NCBI RefSeq assembly: GCF_026210795.1
Contig: NC_089429.1
Span: 1,302,001-1,366,000 of the forward strand
Reading direction: 5' to 3'
Source of the DNA: Rhizophagus irregularis
Lineage: Eukaryota
Length of the DNA: 64,000 nt
This document shows positions 48,977 to 60,623 of the stretch, piece by piece. The notes under the pieces were generated by a model, which worked only from the letters and a program-made list of their open reading frames with translations, had not been told where the DNA came from and did no database searches. Every line of letters begins with the position of its first letter. The stretch's first letter is position 1. A program made the translations under genes and the position numbers.

Positions 48977-49949
48977 TTTAAAGATGAACAATGTGCAAAA
49001 ATTAAATAAATCAGCTAGAAACGACTAAAATATTTTTTAAAATAAATTTTCTTTCCAAATGCTCAGGCAATTTTTCATTTAATAATTTCTATTTATGTTG
49101 ATAACCGCCGTTATACATAAATTAAATTGGGCTAATCACTTTATTTTGATTGGATTTTTATATGTAAAAAAAATAGTTCTGTAAATCACTAGCAAGGAAA
49201 TATTAGAAGTAATCATATAATAAATATCAAAAGATGCGTAGTGTTTACGTGATAAAAATCATTATGTTATTCAAGAGATATGAAGAAAAAATTCTATTCA
49301 AATTTCCAATAGCGTTCAAAGCGTCCTATAGAAAATCTGATGAATACACTATATAAAAAAATGGATAAATTTACATTATTTGATAAATTTGCAAGAGTCA
49401 AGATTTAGGTAATTTTCTTTTTAGATAAACTTAATTATAATAATAACTCGTAATTATTTTCAATATTTTTGATTGCTTGATCTATATATCTTTTATTTTA
49501 TCGTAAAAAAAAGCTCCACATAGTATATTCAGTTAGCTCAAGCTAAAAGGTTTGAAAGCTGTTATTTTTCATACAAATCACATAAATGATATCATTTTAT
49601 AAATTTCTATAATATCTAGTTATTCTAGTATTTGCATTACTATTCAGAAAAACATAAGAAATAACAACAAACAAGTGTACATACAAAGTATATACAACTT
49701 AATAAAAATCTTCATCAATATAATAATTGGGTGAATTTAGACTTATAATAATTAATACTTTGCTGTAGAATTAAAGTACTAAAATAATATCATAAAACAT
49801 ATATATGAGAAATACAGCTTTGATATATCATTTCTACCGTTTGCTGCTTATCTATAATTTAACATGTCAAAGGTCAAGTCCGTCCACTACACTGCCTGTA
49901 AGAACAAATCAATGATTAAGACCAATCATAATATTTAACCACTAATTTT

Positions 49950-51300
49950 TCTTTTTTTAAAAGAAAAAATTAGTAACGCATTTTATTAATTATTTGAATC
50001 ATAAAAGATTACATAATTGTACAAGATACCAATAATAACTTATCGATAACCCTATAACTAACCAATCTATCTAAAAAACTATGAACTAAAAATTACCAAT
50101 AAATTATGTAATCTATTCTAATCCCTACCTAATAACTAATTTTCATAAATGACATACTGAAAATACTGTATAGATCTATTATCGAAAATACTATTCATCA
50201 TTTTATAATTTTATTGAATTTTTTCCGTTAATGCTTTTGTTATTTTCTTCTTTTTTTTTTGTTTATTATTATTATTATTTATTCCTTCTTTTGTATCCTT
50301 CCTAACTCTCTTGTCGACGACTTCCTCACACCTCTTAATCCAAATTTTAACTTTTAGTTGATTATATATAACAATAGACCCATAAATTAAAAATCACCTT
50401 TTTTTCTTCCTTATCTTATTGAATCTATTATTATAAAAATTACCATTCCCTTGTTTTGTTTAGAAAAATTAAAGATTTTTCAAATAAAATACTTGTAACG
50501 GCAATATTATTATTTCTTACAATAACTGCTTGATCAGTATCTCCTGCGTCCAACATCTGTTCTTCATAGGACACTATAGTTCAATATTACTTCTCTTATC
50601 GTAAACTCGTTTGCTTCACATGTCCAAACATGATCCCAATCCTCCACTTCTTTTTCGCATCTTATACATATCTCGGAATCTATCATATTTACCCCTCTTT
50701 TAAACAATTTAACATAAATCGGTAAGTCTTTCAGCAAATTTTTAACCTTATATGCACGTTATAATGAATCTTGATCACTAACAAAACATAATGACTTATT
50801 CCAATCTAGTTCATAAGAGAAATTATAATAAAATAAATCTTCATCTAATTCACTATTTAGAATCTCGTTTTTGTATTTCACCTTTGTCTTCAATTTAACT
50901 CCATTCTCTGAAATCTCCTGAAATTAATAATTTATTCCAATACAGATTTGAATTCATTAACTAACAATCCAATCATTATAATAGAACAATCGGGAAGTCT
51001 TTCCAATGTGAAATTAATCATCGAGCTCATATAATTCACTAATTGAATCCTAAATTCCTAATTTGTTAGCTTTAATATATTCTTCATTATTAAACACTCC
51101 CAATGTTTTATTCATTTTTTCCAACCAATTTTCTATCCACGTCAATTCTGTAAAATAACGTTCGTCCAATCTCTTTCTTTTACTCGCTATGTTAATAAAA
51201 TTAATAATCATAGATTCTATTTTTTCTGTAGTTTTAACATATAAACAATTATTATTGTTTAACAATAAAACCGCCATTATTAATCCATGTAATATGATAT
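49950..51300 (-). mobile_element. Decayed non-LTR retrotransposon (LINE) ORF2 C-terminal fragment
   Basis: Minus strand ~50618-50668 encodes CIRCEKEVEDWDHVWTC (CX2CX8HX3C zinc knuckle), followed by IWIKRCEEV; multiple stops and frameshifts; boundaries approximate. Confidence 0.75.
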
Positions 51301-51419
51301 CAATTGTGTCCCTTGAAGTAATAATTAAACTTATATTAATTTCGTTATTGCCGTTATCTAACAGCTAAATTTTCTCTAATTATTCACGAAATTATGTCTT
51401 TATTTTCTCTTTTACCTCC

Positions 51420-52118
51420 TACTTAGTATTTATTCTTTTTTTTCTAAATTATTTAACCAAAAATTCTTAAGTTAAATAAATTCTAAAAATTTAATACTTT
51501 TATATCAAATTGAAGTGTGACCGAATTTTCATTTAATTGATAACTTACAAATTTAAGATATAAATTTCCATTAAGTCTTGATGAAACAATCTATATACAG
51601 AAATATATAAAAGTTCAAATTCAAACTCTATAAAGGATTTTTCAGAAAAATGATCACGTGTCGGAGTTTCTTCGGAATAAAAACTAGAAAATGATCATTT
51701 ATCGGAGTTATTTCCAGAATCCTTTTTATAGGGAAAGTATGTAAATCAACTTTAATTAATGACAAGAAATAAAACTTGACAGGAATTTTAACAAAATGTA
51801 GGTATTATAGAATTATAAACTTCAGTTATGTATCTAAACGTTTAATCAAACTAGGATGATTAAATAAAGGAATAAATTACTAATAATTCCATACTCATTT
51901 AATTTTATCTTGTCATCTTCATTTAATTTGTGTAAGTAAATTTCAATAAAGCAATGGTTTTTGAAAAGATTCTTACTTGAAAACGGATCTTCCAAACGAC
52001 ACCATAATCTTTTAACTAAAATACATGAGGGTAATGTTGAAATGTCATTCTGAAAATACTATATAATTTCACTTATCAATTTAGGTAGATCTCCTGAAAA
52101 AATTTTTGAACATGCCAT
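51420..52118 (-). pseudogene. F-box-family pseudogene with deletions, stops and a MITE insertion
   Basis: ATG at 52118 gives MACSKIFSGDLPKLISEII*YFQNDISTLPSCILVKRLWCRLEDPF (AIPLLW deleted), then frameshifts; 3' end approximate. Confidence 0.85.
51626..51733 (-). mobile_element. ~108-bp CCCTATA MITE, copy 3
   Basis: Termini ctctataaagg / cctttttataggg; aaa on both flanks (51623-51625, 51734-51736); reverse complement matches copies 1 and 2. Confidence 0.88.
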
Positions 52119-52479
52119 ACTATAAAAGAGGAAAAAAGAGGAAGGGGGGATGTTACGTTTTAAAATTTTTCAATATTTGGATCACGTGATCCACGCGAGA
52201 TTGCATCATTTTAATTTACGGCCCAGCTTTCGCATACCAATATTTTTGTCAAATTTTATGTTCATTCAAGAAACTTTGTTCCATGTTCAGTGAAACACGA
52301 CAAATCTCATTTATATCAAATTAACCCGCCCCTAGAACTTTAGCGTTCAATGTTTTTAAACATCAAACAGTAACTCCTTATAACAACCCTTCCCTTCAGG
52401 ATCATGTACCTTCAGAACAAATTCAGACTAATAGTTCATCTCATTCGTCTAATATTAATATTATTTCTTCTTCACTGAA

Positions 52480-52749
52480 GATCCCGAAGAGAAACGAAAA
52501 CATATCATTGGGTTGGTGTTAGAGCGTTTTCCTCATCTATCCTTGAAGTATAGTGAGAGTTATGGCGATAGATTTGTGTTTAATAGTTCAGTACCTTGTC
52601 CCATGTGTAATAAAGACCATGAAGGCGAAAATATAAAGAATGATATAAAAGGTGGATGGGGTTCTGATATGTATTTTGGAGAACGGGTTTATTATCCCAA
52701 TAGTATCTATAAAAGCATAGAATGTGGACCGATCACCTCATTCATTTGA
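52480..52749 (+). pseudogene. Fragment of an uncharacterised protein with a CxxC..H motif
   Basis: EDPEEKRKHIIGLVLERFPHLSL...CPMCNKDH; no valid start codon; truncated. Confidence 0.4.
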
Positions 52750-53559
52750 AATATGTCGGTAAAATTCTTGCCGAAGAATAGGGGCCGTATGACGTGCGAT
52801 TCGCATATATATTCGCATGTTTTTTTTCGACTTGATTTGCATTTATTTTTGCGTCATGTCTCTTCCTTGTTCACGCTAATATCATATTAACAAAACAATA
52901 TTCGAATAAAGATATTTTTTTTGGCAATCAATATTTCGCATATGGGGTTTAGCTAATCCTTCGTCATTTTTTTTATAGATTTGCAAGGGGTTAATGAATG
53001 ACGAAATGCAGTACGTAATTGCTGGTGAAAATCTTGGGAATGTTTTCTCCTGCGAAATTTACAAGTGATATAAAAATCCATCTTTAGCCCCGATAATTCA
53101 CTACGTTCATGATCAGTATATGTAAGTAAACATTATTCTGAAAAAGACCTAGATAATTGTTACTTTATATGGAACTCCAAGCACATGTCTAGCCCCCGGC
53201 TGTGGAAAGAATGTGGACATCTTAGATCAAGCTGATGCCCTTGGCATCGTTTCCAATTTGCCATTACTTGGTTTGCAAGGCAAACCCTCTCAATCAAGTG
53301 GAATCTCACCTTTATCCAAGTCAATGGGCGAAATATTTACCCTATCTTCACCACCTATACGGATGGGGGATGAGGGTACAACAACTCAACAGGTTAAAGT
53401 ACTTTGGGTTGCGCCAAATGTTATAAAGATCTTTCTTCATATCTCCCACCCGTAAGCTTTTTTCGATTATCCCTCAACTTCAAGGCCCTCCGAAACCGCT
53501 AGTATATTTAACCTGCAAGCATATCGTGCAATTACAATTGCACCAATAATCCACGAAAG

Positions 53560-54175
53560 CTATGCCCTATGTCCATCATATGGAAATTGACGATACAGAA
53601 ACTCCACAGAAAAAACGTACTAGGGAGTAATCTACCGAAAAATCCTCGAGCAAAAAAGCTAAAAAGTCCGGTGGGAAAAAGGTATCGAGTACGCTAAAGC
53701 AACTTATAGAAGAATTATTAACCGATATTCCTGTTGTTGGTGGAATCTCGGAGGAATCAAGTTGTGCAACTGATGCCAGGGGTATTTTTTTACGACTCTC
53801 CAATAAGATAGACAATGCCGAAACAAAAAACTAAGATGCATCTCGTGACCTTATCTCCAGCTGCTTTGATTTTGGGAAGCTTTATTTAATCGATATAAAG
53901 AGTTAAAACCCACCTACGGTAAAGAAGGAGCTCGAGCTTTGGTCAAAAATGAGGTTAGAAAAGAAATTTCCGAGACTAAGTTCTCTGATAATGCTTAGAA
54001 AAAAAGAATGGAAAGAGCTCGAAAAATGTTTAGATCTTCAATACTATAGGCAAAGAAAAGATAGCACGAGTAAAATCAACCCCTCCGGGTTTCGTCTTAA
54101 ATCTAACTGTAGATGAAAGCGATTATATAATTGCTGAAGTTTTAAAAGGAGCAAGTTCCAAAGGAACCGCGTAAT
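53560..54175 (+). pseudogene. Interrupted ORF for an uncharacterised basic helical protein
   Basis: Protein-like reading (KKAKKSGGKKVSSTLKQLIEELL...GIFLRLSNKIDNAETKN*DASRDLIS...KIARVKSTPPGFVLNLT) broken by stops and frameshifts. Confidence 0.5.
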
Positions 54176-54595
54176 ACTACGCCTCGGCAATCCTTTTTTC
54201 TCATATTTTATTCGTTAACATGTTTGGGTTATCATCCCATCTTTGATTAAGGGTGAAAAATAGTGTTTTCTTGCGAGCTGTACTTTAAACATATATTAAT
54301 AAAGCCGGATGTATCAGAAAAAAACAATCGCATTTAAAAATGTATTTATTAATTAATATTTTAAATAATACTTGTAAAAGTACAAAACATTGTTACTATA
54401 TAATGCAATTACATAGAATTCCTAATGTTTAGATCAAATTTACTAAGTTTTGCAGTAATAAAAATTTCTTCTTCAAGTGAATTTACGCAAGGCCTAATAT
54501 ATTTTGTGTACAGATTGTTCGCTATTAAGAAGATAAAAAAAACATCTTTAATCAATTATTATTGTCAAATTTCCGCTAATCAATACGTGTGGTGC

Positions 54596-55474
54596 TTATC
54601 TCAAATATACTATGGCAAAAAAACGATTGGCAAAAGCCTTAATGCCTAAATCAGTTTTTCCAACAACTTGTTCAGTATCTAAAGGTACTGGTTCATGGCA
54701 ATGACTGATAGCATCATAATTGGAGGAAATCGGACCTTGAATAATGTCTTCATAATGTTGTGGAGGTAACGGTTTATTGTTGTTCCCTAGGCAAATAAAG
54801 CCTTTTACTGTCGCTTTCCATACTTCTAAATCATCTAAAATTTTATATGTAAGATTTCTATCGAGGTCTGACCAGTCAAAAACTAGGAGTGAACCATTCC
54901 TTCCAGCGTATTTAATGGCATATTCAATATCTGGAGTGGCATATAGTCCACCCCCAAAATCTTTTCTCATGGAAACCCGACCTCTTACCTCCATAAACCC
55001 TTCTAAAAGAGTTTCTCTAATATCATGAGTATTGATTCCGCGATAGAGAAATTTTTTTGTATGACCAAACTTGTCCATTATTTGACTAACCACATTGAGC
55101 GCTTGCTCTTCGGGTTTATATATGTATTCATATATGAATATGTTTTCAGGTATGGTGTTTCGAGGTTCTCCACCCAAAATTTGCTTTGTGCTCAATGACT
55201 GAATTTTTTTATTCACAAATTTCGGGATTTCTCCACCATGTGTTTGAATATAATCAAGTTCGGGGTAAAGGTCAATATGTCGAAATGGAAGACCGTAAAT
55301 AATGGCAACACGGGCTATAAAAAGAGTTGAAGAAACCCCAAAAGGGACTTCAATGGGTTCATTCCATGATGCTACGTTATCTTCACCAAATCCAAGCTCA
55401 ACGAGAATCTTTTGTACCCGATCAGGTGAAAAAGTTTCAGTTACACTCTTAGATAATTCTTGAAGTGAGAGCAT
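54596..55474 (-). CDS. Intronless 292-aa protein with a C-terminal DUF3990-like ADP-ribosyltransferase-fold domain
   Basis: Ordered motifs FLYRG ... KDFGGGLYAT...EYAIKYA ... DIIQGPIS ... EQVVGKT match the recalled DUF3990 pattern (LYHG, DFG.GFY.T, DII.GP, Q..F.T). Confidence 0.7.
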   Translation of the reverse strand: MLSLQELSKSVTETFSPDRVQKILVELGFGEDNVASWNEPIEVPFGVSSTLFIARVAIIYGLPFRHIDLYPELDYIQTHGGEIPKFVNKKIQSLSTKQILGGEPRNTIPENIFIYEYIYKPEEQALNVVSQIMDKFGHTKKFLYRGINTHDIRETLLEGFMEVRGRVSMRKDFGGGLYATPDIEYAIKYAGRNGSLLVFDWSDLDRNLTYKILDDLEVWKATVKGFICLGNNNKPLPPQHYEDIIQGPISSNYDAISHCHEPVPLDTEQVVGKTDLGIKAFANRFFAIVYLR

Positions 55475-56316
55475 TTCGAAGAGTTTTTAAAAGTTTGAGA
55501 GTTTTAGAAGTTTTTAAAAAGAAGTTTAAGAGAGTTTCTGAGGGTGTATATATACCTTTTGATAGACTCTTGATTGATTGATGGCTTGTTATCATTACTC
55601 ATTAGATTGCATATTTATTTTTCGGTCGTACGATTGATCGTATTTGACTAATATGGCTTTTTGTGTGATCGATCTACTTGCAACAGTGTTGGACTATGAC
55701 CTAGAATGATTCTATTTGCAACACAGACAGATTTAAAAAACAAAGCGCAGTAAATCAGTGACTTCGATTACCAAAGCCTTTCTCCGAGCCTGAACTCGTT
55801 TAATAAAAACTGACGTAGTTTGAAGGAAGCATTGACGAAAAAATTATTGAAGCCTGGACGAGACAATACGCAATTAAGGTATGAATATGTCGGCTGTGGC
55901 TATACATTTGCAAGAAACGACTTCAAGAGTTGCATCTATTTATTTTGTTCGGAAATTTTGAGGACCTATTAGATGGAGAACGTAAACTTTCGGTGAGTTT
56001 TACTAAGGTCAATAACTGTTAATTTATTTCTGACTCTGCATGTTCTATGCATAATTGGCGACTATTTTATTCTATCCAGAATATCAAAATAAAATCGGAT
56101 TAGAGGATATTGTGTTAGTAGTTTAGATGAACAACTGATGTGGTCTGTAGGCATTAGTATGGAAACTCTATTTCACTTTGTTTATGTATTGCCGAACTTG
56201 TAATTTATTTTTTACATCAATAAATCAGTAATTCCGATGAGGATATTACCTCGTTTTTTATCTACGCTAACAGACTTCTGAATTATTCCACCTTATATAA
56301 AAAATTATTATCGAAC

Positions 56317-56865
56317 ATACAATCCATTGATTCATTGAGAGAATTAAATTCCAAGCTCTTAGCTGAGATTGCCGAGCTTAGGAAGGAGAATGCCGAGATT
56401 CCCGAACTTAGAGAGAAGTTTCTAAAGTTTGCTGAGGTTGAGGCTGAGAATGCGAGGTTGAAGCAAATTATTAAAGAGAATGCAAGGCGTGATTCTGAGA
56501 ATGCTGAACTCAAGTCTAGAGTTGGAGAGCTTGAGGCTAGACTTGCATTATTAGAACAGAGTTCAGCAGTGGATGGGATGGCGTTGCCATTTCAAAACGG
56601 TGAAGAAGCGATGCCAGTGGTGACAGTACCAACTGTTGATGTACCCGATTCTGTAATAGACAAACTCAATAATGAAGTAGGACGAGCACCTAGTGACCTT
56701 GATGGTAACGATGAGGAAATGGTCGATTTCTTGGATGATGTGTATAAGAAAAGCATTAGCAATAAGATTAGAGAGAGGAGACGGGAAAAGAAACAGAGAG
56801 ATCAAGAGGCACTCGTAATTTCTCAGTACGTGACTAAAATTCCTGAGGTTACGGACATATTAATT
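56317..56865 (+). pseudogene. Coiled-coil protein relic, truncated by the adjacent LINE fragment
   Basis: Heptad-rich LAEIAELRKENAE...VGELEARLALLEQ. In-frame ATA at 56317 where an ATG would be expected; composition switches to LINE sequence near 56865. Confidence 0.55.
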
Positions 56866-58617
56866 TCAGAGCAAGACCACCTTTCTTTATTCGAAATCTT
56901 TTTATTGGAAATATAGATTTCATCAATTCTTTATTAATTTTAGCAAATAATTTCAAATCACAATCTTCATTTCTTTTTTATACAGATGGTTCGTTTAGTA
57001 GAAAGACTTCTCCTGAAACCAATACTCATATAGGTTTCGCTTGGGCTGAGGTTTCTAAAAGCATTGTCTCATCTAGTATCTACGGCCTTTAATCCTTCCT
57101 CTGCAAAAGCGGAAGTCTACACGTGTTGACAGCATTACTAGTTTGTCCCGAGAACTCTAAAATTATCTTTCATACTGTTTCGCAAAATGTCATAGACACT
57201 TTCAACAAAATCTCCAACAAACTTATCTCTATTAGAAGAATTCTCAAAATCAGCAATAATATAGCTTGGCGTCTTATTAACACTATGATGTCCAACAAAT
57301 CTCTCAACATTACTTTTACAAAAGTTAAAGCTTATTCCGGAAACCTATTTAACGACTTATGGTTAAGTCTGCTCTTACTTTATTGCCTATTGAGATTAAT
57401 CCTACATGTTTACCGGGTACACTTATGATGCCCTTATGGGACTCGATCGATCCCATCGATCGCGATGTCAGAAAATTTACTCAATCGATCACAGATAGCT
57501 ATACGTTTGACCAATTTCTGGGAAACACCCCATGTCTGAGAAATTTGATATTAACGCCATACATTGGCCGCTCACTAAAGATTGGCTCCACTTGAACAAC
57601 ACCGATGATATTTGTAGTGAACGCAAATCAGCATACGACGCCTTCAAGATCAAAAGTCTTAATCATATTTTACCTTGCGGAGATGTACTATTAAAACACT
57701 ACCCGCCCTTTATCCATCTTCTGGCATTCCATGCCCTATCTGCAACGCCTTACCAGACACTAATACTCACTTGGGACTCTGTACAAACTTGAGACCTTTC
57801 ATCAACGCAACATTGCGCTCCCATGTCGCCAAGCTCATCACGTTACTTACTACACATACGTCAAATGTCGGAATTCACAAATTATCACAGACAGTGTGAA
57901 AGAATTCGCCTTTCACATCTGTCTTAGATGACAGTCACGATATTTACTTAGTTTACACCAATTTTATGCAATTTATCCCTCAAAATTTAGCAGACACTGT
58001 TCATGCGTATACCAATAATTATTCTTTCACAAAAAAAGTCATTTTTGAATTTATGACTTCTTTACAACAAACTTTATACCAAACCATTTGGATTCAACAT
58101 AATCGTAATCTTCATGATTGAGAAAAGCGCGTAATATCTCTCGAAAAAGAAAACGACATAATATAGCCGCTGATAAAGGTTCATCATCGCACTCTCTTGA
58201 TGATACTTTTGCAACTACTCCTCCGATCGTCCCTATACACCCATTTTTATGGACGAATCCGCCTATTGCGTCACGAGGTTGTGCACCGATTCCTTTATGG
58301 CTTGTTCTCTCTACATCCAATTTTTACATTCTGGTGGATGTTCTTCTTTTTTGTATTTTAAAACTTATATAGATTCTTTGGCTTCGAATAGTTCTTATTT
58401 TTCTTATTTTTCTTTTTTACTTCTTATTTTCTTTAATTTATTTCGACAATGCAGGTTTTGCCTGAAGTTGTCTTTTTCAATAACAGGCAGTACGATCCTT
58501 GCGAGGGTTGAGTTTATCCTAGTATAGTAGCACGTTGTAGTTTCTTTTGTAAGGGCTCCCGAACTAGCATGACTCCCATCATTGTCTACATTTTAAAGAT
58601 AAAAATAAAATAAAAAA
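56865..58617 (+). mobile_element. 5'-truncated, decayed LINE with RNase H and CCHC domains, 3' UTR and A-rich tail
   Basis: RNase H motifs YTDGS (56979), SSAKAE, LTALLVCP, KVKAYSGNLFND; CPICNALPDTNTHLGLC knuckle; A-rich end ~58596-58617; frameshifted; no TSD found. Confidence 0.82.
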
Positions 58618-59179
58618 TGTTTAACGGTATTATCAATGTTTTGGACAAACTATATAAATTTTATTAGCTATAATTTTATTGACTTGAACATTTGCAAAGC
58701 TAATAAATGTTGAGTAACGTTATCCATTTATGGAACATGTTCTAAATGTGCTCAGAATTTGTATTCTTATACATACAGTATTTGTGTAGTCCAACTTGAT
58801 TAAAAGATTCTTAATAAAGTCGATCATCGATCGACCATAGAAAGTGGCGCATAAATAGCCAATTTTTTTTTAACAATTTCTGCATAAAATACTTTGGACC
58901 ATAGTCTGTACAAGAAAATAGGAAATTTTTGATAAAAAAAAAAAAGCTTTATTATAAAATCGGTTTCGAAGCCTAATGATTATTATTAAAATTGTTTATA
59001 GCAAAAATCATCTCAATCAAATGATCTTTGAATAAAAATTCGATCACATGAGATCAGCATGCTGGAACATCCAAATGGAATGATTGTTGCCTTTTTATGG
59101 AGTAGTACAACAAACGTAACAAAAATTGATAAATTTATTCCGTTTTAAAAATGAAAGTTACTCCTTTTCCTTCACAAAC

Positions 59180-60422
59180 ATGGCATGCTCAAAAATATTT
59201 TCAGATTTACCCGAATTAACAAATGAAATTATACAACATTCCAGAAAAGATTTTCAACATTATATTCGTGTATTTTAGTTAATAGATTATGGTGTCGTTT
59301 AGCGATTCCATTATTGTGGGAAGATCCATTTTCAAAGTATGATCCCAAAAATTACCATTACATTGAAATTTACTTAAGTAAATTAAATGAAGATGACAAA
59401 GCAAAATTTAATGAATATGGAATTAAATATGATTTATTACGTTCAAATAATACATTGTTCAATTATCCTAGTTTCATTAAATACTTAAACTATGGGAGTA
59501 TTTATCGTTCTATTAAAAAGTGGATTTTTATTTTAGTGGACGATGATGATTTTATGGAAGTAGAAGAATTAGTTTATAAGTCGTTACTTGAAATTTTCAT
59601 TAAAAATGAAGGAAAATTACATTCTCTTGAATATGCAATATCTACTTTGGATAGCTATTGTAATGATACTATGGAATTGATTTTACAAAATCCAAATTTT
59701 ACTTACAATATCAAAGATTTAACATTATTCCTTGATGATATTAAAATTACTATAAATATCGTTCCTTTTTTAAAATTTTTTTCTCATAATTACAATTCAA
59801 TCTCATCAATTAATTTTTGTTATTCATCCCACATTGGTAATATTAATGATTTATCATTAATTGAAAATTGTATATCACAAATAATTATTTCACAACATAA
59901 TCTTAAAATAATTTCATTTGGATTTAAAGTTAATTATAATTTATTTTTACCATTAAAAAATTCTAATTGTTCAAATACTTTAAGTACAATTATATTTAAT
60001 TACATTGATTTTAAGAATATACTTACTGTCTTACAAGAGGTCTTTAATCAATTGAATGTTTTAGAATCTGTTCATATTTTTATTGTTGTTCTTTAAATTC
60101 TGATTTTGTTCAACAAATTATTAAGGTTATTAAACCTTTTAAATTGAGATCTTTGTTGATGGATGAAATATTACATGTAGAATCATTACAACTACTATTA
60201 CAAAAATGTGGTGATTATTTAGAAAATTTTGAATATGGATATATGGGTGAAGAATATGAAGAATCAAGACCACTATTACTTGAACTTATTATAAAATATT
60301 GTACAAAAATCAAACGTTTTAATTCAGATAAGCCTGATAATTTTAATGTTTATCTGTTAATTGAAAATATTATTATGATATTAGTAATTTATTCATTATT
60401 TATTTTAGATAATTTAATATAA
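59180..60422 (+). pseudogene. F-box-family pseudogene (two frameshifts, truncated C-terminus)
   Basis: ATG at 59180 gives MACSKIFSDLPELTNEIIQH. Frameshifts near 59255 and 60080; lacks the final third of the paralogues. Confidence 0.85.
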
Positions 60423-60623
60423 TAAATTTATTAATAAAAAAATAAAATAATAATTTTTAATTCCATTACTTCCATTACAATTTTTATCTTAAAATGACTC
60501 AAAATAACATTAAAAAATTATCTCCAAGTTCAAAATAAAATAAGAATAAATTATATCTATTTTGCTTTTTTATATACTAAAAGTTTCCATTTAAAGTAAA
60601 ATGTGTTTAATTGTAAAATGTGT

